Assembly: GCA_020536535.1 (NCBI GenBank)
Contig: JAHLWZ010000867.1
Coordinates: 4,004 to 68,003 of the forward strand
Direction: 5' to 3'
Origin: Pelomyxa schiedti
Taxonomy: Eukaryota; Protista; Evosea
Length of the DNA: 64,000 bases
Positions 49,366-61,768 of this stretch are shown here, one piece after another. Every line of letters begins with the position of its first letter. Position 1 is the stretch's first letter. The notes beneath the pieces were generated by a model, which saw only the letters and a program-made list of their open reading frames with translations, made no database searches and had not been told where the DNA came from. Position numbers and translations under genes: made by a program.

Positions 49366-52119
49366 TCAACTTGACTCGTGCGCTTCCTCGTTAGGGTCTT
49401 GGTTTTCGCTCGGCTTTTCAGCTGTATCGGGATCACTCTCAGAATTATCGGCACTTTCAGAGGCATCTTCCTCTGCCTCAGAGTCCGTGACTGCATCAGG
49501 GTCTGCCTCTTCCTCTTCCTCATCAAGTGGATTTTCGTCAGAGTCAACATCTGAGCTTGGGGATGTGTGAGCCTCCGCAGTTGGATGCAGTATGGAATTG
49601 GGGTTGGCCACTGTGTACTCCTGCTGGTCGGTACCTGGTGGGCCCCAGCTTATCAGTAGCTTGCCATCAATGCAGTGTGTAAGTATCTCAATCGCAGCCC
49701 TGTTGATTGTTTCATTGATTGATAATTGGGGTCAAATAGTGGTGCGAATGATGCAAGTGTAAGATACCTGTGGGTGTCAGGAGTAGACCCGCGTTTGTTT
49801 GTGTAACCAAGCTTTTTAGCATAAGCTGCGGCCATACTTATGGGTGTCCATTTGTCCGGAGATGCTGGGAGATGATGTGTCAGACCATAGCATTTCTCGA
49901 GGGGTATGTGCTCCGCAATGTATCTTGGTGGGGGTAAGACGAGAAATAAGGGAATTCTTACCTCAATGCGGAATAAGGTTCTCTCAAGTGGGCCAGAGGA
50001 TATAACCCGCAAATAACCTGCTCAGCGTAAGAAAAATACAGTTTGGGCGAATGAAAAGAACTTGTAGGTTTTTGGGCCTGTCCAGTGCAGGAAAAACCAT
50101 GCCTGGACAGTCACACAGAATAATATCACTTGCAAGTTTTTGGGTTTGGAAGTGCTTTGTATGCCCAGGAGTTCTACTGACTGAGACCTTTCTTCCATTG
50201 GTTTTGAAGGAGAAAATTAAGTTCATACCACTTTTCTCCCCATTAGAGCATTAATCATGGAAGACTTTCCTACATTTGGGTTTCCCACCGATCTGAGCTC
50301 GTTTAACGAAAAACGAAAAATAAGCGAGTGAAGGAAGCTTGGGCATTCATACCCCACGCAGATCTGTTTAAGTGGCCCAGTTGACGTACTAGAAGCCGCT
50401 AGTATATATGAGATAAAAAAAAGTATAATCTGGAGGATACCAACAGTGTCACGTATTAACTGCAGAACGGCTTCCCTTCCCGTTGAAGTGGAATACCTGC
50501 TCTTTTATTATTATGGATGTAGTTGGTATTTGTTGTGAACGAAGGTATGGTGGTCCAAACTACCTGGTCCCTTTCATATTGAGCGATTTTTGTACTCGTT
50601 TTTGACTGACATCATAGTTCAGCAATTCGCCACTAAAGCCCTTAAATGCGGAAAACTTAACAATCTGGTGAAGGTGTCAATAATAGACAAAGTCTGAGAT
50701 GCATTACAAAGTGGTAGCCTTGAACTTACTTTCAGGAGTGGATAGTGAGTTGCAAACCACTGACACCATAACTCAACAGTTCCTGGTTCAGATATATCTA
50801 TCTATTTAATTGGTTAGAGCATGCATTACTATTTGAAACATCACTTTATTAAAAACGAGAATCAAAGGCTTTCTAAGTTCTTCAGTGATGAACTTGTAGA
50901 GAGCGGAGCTGAAGAGGAACAGAGGATAGCGTGCATCAGTGACCATCATGATAAGATGTGATCTCTCACAGACTCGCCACAGTTGGCGCCAGGTCTACTG
51001 ATAAACATGGGAAGCGGCACAATAAGAATGTCAACCAACCTCTAAGTTGCATTCAAAGTAGTTGAGAGATTTTAGTGGAAACCGCAACAGTGAGTTGATC
51101 CAATCATTGTAGACAGAAAGTTCGGCATTCTTAGAGGAAACATGGTTTAGAATACAAAGAAGCACCAAACTACCCACCTCAAGTTCAATTTTGGTTGTTT
51201 CGTAGCTCCAATCAGGCCTCTTGGGAAAAGGAAGCGGCTCCATACTAAATTCTTCACTTATAATGGGGCCCTTTGGTAAATTAGGTTTTGCAAGTTGTTT
51301 ATTGATGGCACACATTGACCCGCTTTGAGAGATCAAGAGGAATATTGGCGGCATCAATTTTAGCTTGTTCCACATCAGTTCTTGTCTCATACTCAAACAA
51401 CTTTGGGTTCTCTCGCCTAATATTCACCACTCTACGTGTTGTGCCACCACTTCCACGTGCTGTAACGAGTTTTAACTACCAACAGAAAACAGAAAACAGA
51501 AAACAGAAATAACAATAGCTAACGGTTGGGGGGGAAGGTAAAGACAAAGAGGAGGCAAAAACCTGGTTGCGTTACAACTGTGGCAGTTACTGTGCGATCT
51601 CTCCGTGCCGCAGTCGCCGAAGACGCAGCGGTAGTTGTGGTAGTGGCATTAGCGGTAGTTTTAGCACTAGCAGTAGATATCAGAATTGCGTCGCCATCTC
51701 CCGAGGCCCCCCCAGAAACATAAGCAGAAGCAGAAGCAGCCGACGTAGTCGGGGCAGGAACCGACGCGCCGTGCTTCCGCCCTCGCCCCGTCGCCGCGCC
51801 CCCCCTCGTTCGCGGAATCTCCCCTCGAGGCGCTGGGCGATGCACAACAGGTGGCGCTGCTGACGCTGAGGCGGTGGCAGTGGCAGAAGGGTCGTCCGGC
51901 GACGGCGTCGATTCTTGCTGTTGCTGTTGAGGTTCACCTTGGGTGGTGTCGTCGCTGTCGTCCTCTCCGGCAGCCCTTTTCTTTTCGCGCTTGGTCTTCA
52001 TGTACTCCTTCTTCTGCTTCCCTAAGAGTAGCAGAGGCAAGAGAAGTCACGAACAGTGTTAATGGAGACAAGGGAAACGTAGGGCCGCACACACCGCTGA
52101 ATGGCTTCTTGCGAGGCAT
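49366..52119 (-). CDS. GNL1: Circularly permuted GTPase, GNL1-like
   Basis: MPRKKPFSG|KQKKEYM; LNYFECNLEV|WRQLWRVCERS...DARYPL; GKPNVGKSSMINAL; VSVSRTPGHTKHFQT; LCDCPGMVFP; acidic tail. Confidence 0.88.
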
Positions 52120-52216
52120 GATCGTGCACTATTAATTTCGGTTTTCGCTTCACAGTTTTCGGACGTTTTGATAATCACAACTCAGTGTACTGGCCAGTAC
52201 GTTGGATTTTGGTACA

Positions 52217-53686
52217 ATGAGCCAGGACGACCTTCCCCTTTTTCTCCCAGTATCTAGCATACCCACTACATCATCACCAACTTACTCACCCGACCCGTCA
52301 GCAGTCACCACAACAGCAACAACCACAAGCGCAACCACTTCGCCATCTACATCTGTACCTTCAGCCTCAGACTCAGCCTCCTCTNNNNNNNNNNNNNNNN
52401 NNNNNNNNNNNNNNNNNNNNNNNNNNNNNNNNNNNNNNNNNNNNNNNNNNNNNNNNNNNNNNNNNNNNNNNNNNNNNNNNNNNNCACTACATCATCACCA
52501 ACTTACTCACCCGACCCGTCAGCAGTCACCACAACAGCAACAACCACAAGCGCAACCACTTCGCCATCTACATCTGTACCTTCAGCCTCAGACTCAGCCT
52601 CCTCTTCCTCGTGGTCTGAGCCGTGGTCTCCAGGAGACCTAGTACCCAAAGACCCCCGTTACGACGACAGCAGCGACAGCGACGCCGCCGACGGTGCTGC
52701 AACCGCCGCCCTGGGCGACGGAACGCCCGTTCTGCTAGCCGTCGACGAAACCGAGACAGGAACCGGCGGTCCCACAAGTGCCGCCGAGGAGCTGCCGAAT
52801 GTGAATACCGGCCACCTCGGCCTGGATCTGGCGGCGCTGCTGTGCCCGCCTCTGCCAAAGGACTACAGCGAGACGGCGCCGACTTGGGAGCCGGTGGCCG
52901 CCGGGCCGAGGCTGGAAGCCCTGCCGGATTTGGCACTGCTGACCGTGCTGGGTTTTTTGGACTTCAGGGCACTGTGCCGCGTTGCGGGAGTGTGCAAGAG
53001 GCTGAACGAGGTGCGGGGAGTCTTTTCTTATTATGGGAGATGCTTGTTTTTGTTCACGCATTTTTTCAAGGTTGCTGATTATCCACCTCTCTGGAAAGCT
53101 CTCCTTTTTAGAAAAGGAGTCCAGGAGGAAGACTTAGTGAAAGTAGCAAACTATAAATTGTATTATCAGGTACAAAGTGCCCATTTTTCTTTTGTTTTTA
53201 TTCATTACATGGCCTGGAATGTAGCTCTCACTCCCAGTGACTTGCAAAGCACCAAGATGTGGGCGGAAGTTCGTTGTGTTACACAATACTGAAAGATGCT
53301 TTGGACACACAGGCGTTTTGAAGTATTATTCCAAGGGTGTCATTACTCTCCACCTGCCCTATGAGGTTGCCGAGGCTTTCTTTTATTTTTCTTTTCCCTC
53401 TTTCTTTTTTTCTGAATTTGTAATTTAGGGGTGGTCCTGCTGTTCCGCCCGAAAGAGCCAATCATGCCGCGTTCATCACGAACACGTGCTTTCACACTCT
53501 GACATCTCTTGGGCCAAACATGCAAGCACCAGGTTCTCAGTGCACGCCGCCCGTGCCACGAAAGTGGTAACCATTGGCACTGTAGGCGTGGTGGCAGGGA
53601 CTGCCGCAGTCGTTGGTGGCGTGGCTGCAGTCACTATTGGTGTTCCCATTTACCTCGGTGTGAAACTGTTCAAAAAAGTATTTTAA
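52217..53686 (+). CDS. F-box protein with a low-complexity N-terminus and hydrophobic C-terminus (interrupted by an assembly gap)
   Basis: LEALPDLALLTVLGFLDFRALCRVAGVCKRLNE|VADYPPLWKAL; C-terminal VVTIGTVGVVAGTAAVVGGVAAVTIGVPIYLG. Confidence 0.72.
52385..52484. other. Scaffold gap (100 N) flanked by an identical 121-bp overlap (52264-52384 = 52485-52605)
   Basis: Seen directly. Confidence 0.97.
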
Positions 53687-53919
53687 AATAGGAGAGAAAA
53701 AAAAAAATTATTTTTATGGTTTTAATTATGGAGGGGGAATGAGGGCAATGGGGGGACTGCACAACACGAGCCAGGGGTCGTCCGCAACCAACACGATCGT
53801 GCATCTGCCCAATCTCCTCTCACTCCCCCACCGAAATGGATCTTCTGCTGCTCAGGGGCCAGAGTGGCGTTGTTGGACCAAAGTCAATTGTGGGTTTGTG
53901 CATTTTCAATTTCGGTGAA

Positions 53920-56436
53920 ATGACCGCTCGTCGTCCAACGGACGTTAGTTTTCTCGTGGACTTGCCTGCCGACACGTTGGAGGTTTTTTTTGCAAATTCA
54001 CCCATTCCCTGTGGTTGTGTTGAAGATCTTGTATTAAAGCGTGTGGTGCACTACTTGGACTCTGAGATCGACCTTGCTTCGGTGGAGGCCACGTGTCGTT
54101 TATTCTATTCCGGCATTGTTTCCGACTCACATGTACTCATCATCATCGCCGTAACTGCGGCAACACTTGACTCGCCTTTCAACAGTATTTACGAAACCAA
54201 ACATTTTAGTGGCGCGATTTGTATGCAACGAAGTGGCCTCGTCACCAGATTCCTGCCAAACCAAGGCACCCGTGTCCCATGCAGATCAAGTGAATTTGTT
54301 TCCCTTATTTAATTTAATATCTTACATAAAAAAAAAAAGGAAGTGGAAGGCACTGTTTTATACAAAGAAGTTGTGTGAAAGGTTGATTGTTGAACATATT
54401 AGATTTTTATGACTGATATTGAAGGAACTGGGAAGACAACATGTACATTTTTAAATCATTTTCTCTTCCGATTCCGGGACCCCGTTCATCCACAGCTGCA
54501 CTTGCAGTACTTCCAATTTTAACTCCCAACCCAGACTCAACACATCCTAGTACGATCCTGAGACGTGTTTATTGGCCATTGCGTATGACGAACGTGGAAT
54601 TTACGTTTACAAATACTACGACCATGGACTAGCACAACCACTTTTCCAATTCCGCCTACAATACCCTGGTGAAGGAACTCCGCAATTTTCCGGCTTTTGT
54701 TCCTCGAATAGGTAATTAGAAGACATAAAACATTATAACAACTAATTGATGGACTCAACAAGCTTTGGGCTGAAGTTCATACAACACACATCGCAGCTTG
54801 TACTGCACTGTAATGTCCATCATATGGCAGGTGCTACGGAGGTTTTGTAAACTTGTAAATCAAAGTTGTTCATCATTTCAGGAAGCACGAGTCCTCTATT
54901 CATGGAATCGAGAAAAACTACTATGGAACTATTCTTGGCCTAGAAGTGACTTTAGCCCTCTGTGTATTAACTCTCAAGTGTGCCCCGCCTTTTCAGCTAT
55001 AACAACAATTACCTTCGTATCCTAGTATATATTTGTAGTTGATGGTGCTTCGCAAGTTCAAGGATATAATTTCTTAGGTATTACTAGCTCTTGCTAGTTA
55101 TGTCTCAAGCAATATAGGGGTTTTATCCAAGACTTTTTATTCAATCAGTAAGCTCACTGATATTACTTCCGATGACTCTTTCATTATTGGTGTGAGTGAT
55201 GACGGGTTGGCTGAAATTTGGGGTATCAATAGCCATCAAAAGTAACTACTAAAATAACTGTAGATATTAGTACCGAGTCCCTAATTAGAAGCCTTGATTT
55301 GAACTTTACTTCATTTTCCTTACCTGGAATTAAATTGGGCCTTCATTCAAACTTTTTGATTGCCGCTGGCCAACATAGTGTGGTAATCCCCTGCACAATA
55401 TCACCCCCTTTCACTGTAAGTAGATCAAAACTTTCGACCTAAACACAGGCCTTTTGATCACCTGCACCAAAGGAGTTGAATACCAAAGTGACTTGCAAGT
55501 AAACTCCCGTGGATTTATGGTTGTATCCTCAAAAGTTGGTCATTGCCCCTTTTTCTTTGATGGTATTAGTGAAATTACTCCTGCAAATATTCTGAATATA
55601 TACCAATAGCGCGGCGTGGGTTCTACACTCTTGTTCTTGGTCTTCCTCACTCTATTTCTTCCTTCTTTCTCTCGGACATAATGATGATATGCTCCCACTC
55701 CAATAAGCTAGATGTCTGGAACTGGGATCAGAGCCGGAAGATTGTTAAGTTATGTGACGACGAGCACCAGGGGATATATGGTCCATCTTTTGCCCACCGG
55801 TGGATTTCATCTCCTGAAAACTGCTTTTCTGGTGATAAATGCATAACAGGGCCAATTCCATCGTTTGGTGTTTCTCCTGGACCTCTGGAATTTCCCTGGC
55901 TGTTGGTGTGCTTTATTTTTTTCCTTACTTACAAGTCAGTTGTAAGTGTCTGTTTGTAGGTTCAGGAAATTCGTCCTGGGTCTCCTGCAGAAAAAGCTGG
56001 CTTACACAGTGGAGATTTCATAACACACATCTCCAATAACAAGGGCCTCCATCGCGACTACATTAATTACTGCCTAGGATCCCGTGCCGCAAAAACTCTC
56101 CAAACCCTGGTTCCCGCTGAGCTGGGCGTGCCTCTCACCGTGCATGTATTCCAAGCCACAAAACAAACGCAACTAACTCTCAGCCCAAACCAGGTTAAAT
56201 CCTTCTATCCCCCACAAGAGCAAGAGCTCACAATCATTCCAGAACCTTGTGATGCAGGTGGCCTGCTTGGATTCCGAGCCACACCATGTGAGACCAACCC
56301 CCTTCAGTCAATACTCCGATGGAGACAAGGCGCACAACCACCATCACAGAGTGACTCTGTTGCGACCAACAAAGGCATTCCTGGCGTTCGTATCTTCACA
56401 CTGGAAGAACCACTCACCGACTCCACATTTTTGTGA
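53920..56436 (+). CDS. F-box protein with degenerate WD40-like repeats and a C-terminal PDZ-like domain
   Basis: LVDLPAD...VVHYLDSEIDLASVEATCRLFY...WRDLYATKWP; WD-like GVSDDGLAEIWG and KLDVWNWD; PDZ-like VQEIRPGSPAEKAGLHSGDFIT. Confidence 0.6.
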
Positions 56437-56550
56437 GCCGGGCACACCTGCCAATCCGAAATTACCGATTGTGAAGTTCAAAATCAGGAAAATCAGTACC
56501 CAGTTCTTCACAAAAAACAAGAAAAACCACAAAGCAGAGATTAGGGTGTC

Positions 56551-57305
56551 ATGGACCGCAGACGTGTTATAGGGGTAGCGGTTGGTGCTGTGGGCGTTGC
56601 TGTTGCTTCGGCTGTGGCCTATAAGTTGTACTCTCATTGGTTCGCAAAGTGTGCCACCGTTACCTTTACTTTTTTTTTTTTTGAAATATCTGTTTTTTCT
56701 TATTCCCACCCTGCATCTTGTCTAATGTGCATGTTTGTTTTTCGTAAGCCCTCCAGTCAAGCGCGTTAAGCTGGGAGTGATTGGTGTGACAAAGGAGTTC
56801 CCGGAAGCTGCTGAGGTCAGTTGGTTTCAATTGTTAATTCATGCGGCTTACTTCTTTGCCCAGGCAGCCACTAAAATTCGCGAATTTCTCCAAGCCCCAG
56901 GCGCAGGCGTTGAGGTACAAGAAGTTGTGTCTGGTTTAGTTGCTGTGGGAGTTCCGCTTATTGCATACAAGTACGACTGACACTTGTTACTCTCTACCTA
57001 TTTACAAATCAACTAGGGAGGCTCAGGCACTCGGTATCACGACAGTGGGAATAGCCCCTCCTCTTGCAAATTATGTTGAATGTTTCCCTTGTGACAGAGC
57101 TATCATCGTTGGTGCGTTTCCTCCCCTTTCTTTCGTTTTAATTTACGTTCCTCAAGGTGAAGAGTGGGGTGATGAAACGAAGCCTTTCCTCGAGTACATT
57201 GACATGCTAGTTCTTGTAGGTCAGCCTTCTCCCCAAAATGACCGCGAGTACGAGTCCTTCCCTGGGCCAAAGTGCAAAATTGCCTTAACACCAAAAAGTG
57301 ATTAA
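56551..57305 (+). CDS. Small N-terminally anchored protein with a SLOG/LOG-like Rossmannoid domain
   Basis: TM VIGVAVGAVGVAVASAVAY, then KLGVIG...VVSGLVAVGVPLIAYK|EAQALGITTVGIAP....CFPCDRAIIV|GEEWGDETKPFLEYIDMLVLVG. Four short introns. Confidence 0.6.
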
Positions 57306-57404
57306 TTTTCCATACAAGTTACAAGTAAAAAAAGGAACCGTTTGGAAAAAAAATACTCTTATTTTTCTCTTGGGTGGTGGGGGTAGGGTGACACAAGCCC
57401 ATGT

Positions 57405-58841
57405 TTAGGGGAACAACCTCTGGGAGCGGTGGTACTCAATCTGGTCACGGACGAGAGCCTCGGTGATGAGTGGGTTCTGGTAGGTGAACCCAGTCCTCTC
57501 AATCGCTGTACCATCAACATAGGTGTTGTTGTCGTACAAGACCTCTTGGTCGAGGTACGGGGTAAGTGGGGTGTTGAGGATTCCTGCTGCCTACAGGTGG
57601 GGTTAGCGAAAAAGAATCAACAGGGCTTTTGTACCTTGCAGAGCTCGGACCATGGCTTAAGATGCTTATCGTTGACATCCTCTGTCACAGACTTGAAGTT
57701 CATCTTGGCCAAGTTAGACTTGATCGATCCAATGAAACCGGTCTTGATGCCAAAGATGGGTCCAAGAACGGCATTGAACTTGCCTTGGGCTGATGACAGT
57801 GGTCATTAATCAACGTTTACAGGGAAAAAACCATACTTGTGTCGTTCTTGTCACACAAGTTGTAGAGAGCACCAACTGGGAGTGTGGTGGCTCCGTGCCA
57901 CATGGCTCGGCAAACGTCGAGAACGTGGACGGTGTTGATCCTCAAGTCCTCTGTCTTTGAAATTGTTAGGTCTTTTTCTCAGATGGATAAAGTTGGGTTA
58001 CCCATAAGAACTTCATTGTTTCACCCAAGTGCTTGTAAACGGCGGCGCAGATGATGCGGGGTTCTGTTCAAGTTTAACCGAAGTGGAGCATAGAAACTAA
58101 GACATACCAAGACCAGTAATGTCTCCAGGTCCGTACACAATTGCTGGACGGAAGATCACAAGGGGAAGCCCGGGAATAGCCTTAAGGGCTGTCTCGGTCT
58201 TGGCGTGAACCTTGGCAAGGGTTGTCCAGGGAGAGAGCTTAGCCTCGGTCTCCCTGCCAATCTTAGACCCACCATCATAAACTTGGGCTGTGGACAATTG
58301 GATGAATTTGTCAACCTAGTGTCAAAAAAAAAATCAGTGCAAGATGAAAAGAGCAGACGAAAAAGCTTACATGAGCGGCAACAGCGGCAGTAGCAACCTT
58401 GACGCAGAGACCTTGGGTCTTCTCCTCGTAAATGGGCTCCTCTTGTCCGTACTTGGTCTCAGCGGCGCAATTGAATACGTAGTTGAACTTCTGTCCACCC
58501 TCCAATGCGAAGCAGGCGGTAATAGAAGCTAGAAAAAAGCATAAGAAACTCACATCCTTAAAACTTAAACTGCGCTAGTCACACACCGACGAGTTAAAAC
58601 ACTAAAAAAAAGAGGGGAGCGAACTTGGGCTGGTCAAGTTTCCTTGCTTGAACTGGCAATTTGGTCGCTCGTAAACGGAAGCGTGAGCGGCGTTCAAGCA
58701 AGCAGTCTGAGGGAAAACCTTGTCGACTACTCTTACGTAGTTGCACAGATCTTGAGAAACAAGGTAGTGTACGAGGTTGCGGCCGATGAAACCCGTTCCG
58801 CCGAAAACAATTACATTAGGCTTGGCTGGTGTCGCTGCCAT
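57405..58841 (-). CDS. NAD-dependent epimerase/dehydratase (extended SDR) family protein
   Basis: VIVFGGTGFIGRNLV; VFNCAAETKYGQ; FIQLSTAQVY; LVIFRPAIVYGPGD; INTVHVLDVCRAMW. Confidence 0.9.
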
Positions 58842-59159
58842 CGTGTCGTATTTTTTTTACGGTGGTACGGTGGGTTTAGGTTGGGTGTTTTTTTGTTTTT
58901 TGGTTGCTTCTGTGGGGGTTTTTTTTTTGAAAATGAAAGGAAAAAAAGTTGTTCTTTTTAAAGAACTTCGAACCCTTTATTTTTCCTGTGCAACGAAAAC
59001 TCGCGTGACGTGTAGAAAAAAAAGGGAATGTTTTTATTGGATTATTTTGTAGACCGGCAAAAACAGCGTTTTGTGCACCAGATGCGCTCATCATCTTTCG
59101 GTGGAGAAATGTATTTCATTTCATTCCATTTTGTAACCTCGTGTTCCTCAGTGTTATCA

Positions 59160-61625
59160 TTACTGCAGAAAGCAGCTATCGGGCCACGGGGGGCAAGTTC
59201 TGGCTGCATTGTTCGATGAAGGTGCAGCTGCAACCCCTCGTGTATTGAGAAGGCATCGGAATGCCGTGTAACGGGCTGACGCCGCGGCCGACTGTGTCCC
59301 ACGGGGAGCCCACAGTCGCTCAGCAATGGCGGCATAGCGGGGAAACACTGTGGGCATTAGGTCCGACGTGTCAATCCCTAGAAAGTTTGTTAGAGGTAGA
59401 TTGATTGGAATTGGTATGAGCATTTAGCACATAGCCTTTCTAGAGAATGAGGAATACCTTCTCCCCACATCTCACCACCTCCGCCGAGAACAAAGGCGGA
59501 GCAGGAATCAGAAGATATTGTAGAACACGGCTCCGCGTCGTAGGCCTGTTGCCACGTGACTCCAAGATTGTCAAGGTACCTTGTGGAGTAAGTGTTAGTA
59601 ACCGATATTATTTGAGGGGTTATACCACACATCTGAGCTGCTCCACACAACGCGATAGCCACTAGAGGTAGCTTGTTGTATCACACTGGAGCCTGACAGC
59701 CACTGATGTATTATGGTGCTCTTGTCAAGTGCTGTGCCAAAGTGATTCCAAATCTTTCAGGTACGTGAATTTCGATCAGGTTTCGGTATAGCTTACCTCT
59801 TCCCATCCTGTAACCTGTCGTTGACAATCTCTCGCAATTTGTTGTGCTCTTTCGATAAAATACTCATACCCCTGCTCAGCGTCCATTCCATTATCCTTTA
59901 GCCACTGTGATATCTCTGGTGACTGTGTCCAGCACGTTGTATCAACTTCATCTCCACCGAGATGAATGACCTAAATTCTGTTAACTTGAAGGAAAAAAAA
60001 ATTCAATGCACAAACGTCATCAGGGAAGTAACCGCCAGCTTGTTTGCATCCTTTGTGCCAGTCAGTACATAATGTAAGAATATTTCGTACCAGTTAGTTC
60101 GGATATGATTGCTTCAATAAGATCAAAAGTTTTGTTTGTTGCTGGGCTCAATGGTTGTGGACATGTAGGTGCTGGGCAGACTTCTGGGTACCCAAGACAC
60201 CAACTGGCAGCATGACCTGGCATGTCAATTTCAACCACAATTCGTATGCCTCGCTGAAAGAAAATAAAATTATACCATGTAATGGAATTGAGTTGTACAC
60301 TTACTTGACGTGCATATTCAACAAGGCTAGTGATATCCAGTGGAGAATATCTGTAATATGTAAGGTTACATAAGTTGCGAATATAACCTTTCCCAGATGG
60401 AGTAGCTCCCTTCAAGCCCAATGTTCGGGCTATTTATAGGTACAAGTGGAAAGGACTGTGAGTCTACAAGATGCCAGTGTAGGGTGTTGGCTTTTACGTA
60501 GCTCATAGAGTCCAGTACAGCTTGGATAGTGGAAATAGGAAGGTAATGTCTTCCTGAATCTATTAATAACTGACGATTTGTTTACGCACAATCACAGTGA
60601 CCATGCATACCTCTCTGTGGGGAAATCGCGGGCCGTCATCAATACTCCAAGGGGAGAAGCGAATTACATAAGTTTGGGTTTCAAAGTCAAATCTTATAAG
60701 TTGGGAGAGCGTTTCCTATGCGGAAAAATGAGCATGATACCAAAATCATTTTTGTGCACACAAGTCCGTGGAACGCCCCGTACACAGTCTGAGAAGAGAT
60801 TAAGGCACTAGAGCCATCAACAGGAATTGTGAGAGTATAGCTTTCATCTGTTCCAAGTTGCAGGGAGCTATTAGTATTGTATACTGTTACAGTCACTGAT
60901 GGCAGTACAACGGGGCCGAGTGAGGTGTATGGTGTGCCAAGCTGTCGTGGGAAGAACAGCTTTTTGTATCTAATGAAGGCATTCTCAAGATCTTGTGACG
61001 GGGTGGCAGGTATGAAGCGAAATGATTGCGGTGCAGCCACAGTTAATGTCGTTGTGCCATTTGAGAAACTACGTGGAAGAGGCCACACAGGTGGAAAAGC
61101 AGGGTACGCAGTCGAGGGCTGAGCACCTGTGTAATAGGAAATGATGGGCACAAGGAGAAGATAAAAAAAAAAAAAAAAAAAAATCACCTCCAGTAAAGCG
61201 CAGGTACAACTGATTTGTCGATAGCTCCCTAAACCTATTATAAAAAAAAGGGAATTAATAAATGACTAAAAAGCACCCCCATATTTGGAGCGAGGCGAGC
61301 TACGCACTTCATCCACAGGCAAGACATTTGCATGAGCTGTCCCTCTGGGTAGCTGAAGCCGTAACAGTTTGCATTTGCCGAGCACACCGCCTTGCAGTCC
61401 TCGACGGTGCCGCTGCACGTATAGCCGTATAGCTCCGATCCAGGGCAGTCGTAGCCCGCGTAGTACCACCAGTTCCACTCGTCTCTTTGTTTTGTTTGGT
61501 TAGGGTTTTTTTGTGCGGATTGTCTTTGGCGGGGTTGGAGTAATGAAGAAATACAGAACAAACCCAAGAGCACAACCCACCAGCAAAAGGCTGGAGTACA
61601 AACACCACCGTACCAACTCACGCAT
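59160..61625 (-). CDS. Beta-N-acetylhexosaminidase (GH20) with an N-terminal PAN/apple-like Cys module
   Basis: Signal peptide MRELVRWCLYSSLLLVGCALG; VWPLPRSFSNG; LGTDESYTL; NTLHWHLVDSQSFP; RGIRIVVEIDMPGHAASW; IHLGGDEV; VLGGGGEMWGE; FPRYAAIAERLW. Confidence 0.92.
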
Positions 61626-61768
61626 AACTGACCGATCTGGATCTTACGATCTCGGTTTCTACGGTTTTTTTTTTTTTGAGATCTGGGTCCGAATTCAACG
61701 CAGGGGAATTGGATGCAATCAATTGTTTTCTTCAAACAAAGTGGGAGTGACTACGACGGTGTTGTGGA

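Noticed and set aside
52264-52605. 121-bp direct repeat in the F-box gene
   Set aside because: The identical copies sit exactly either side of a 100-N gap, the signature of an unmerged assembler overlap rather than a biological repeat.
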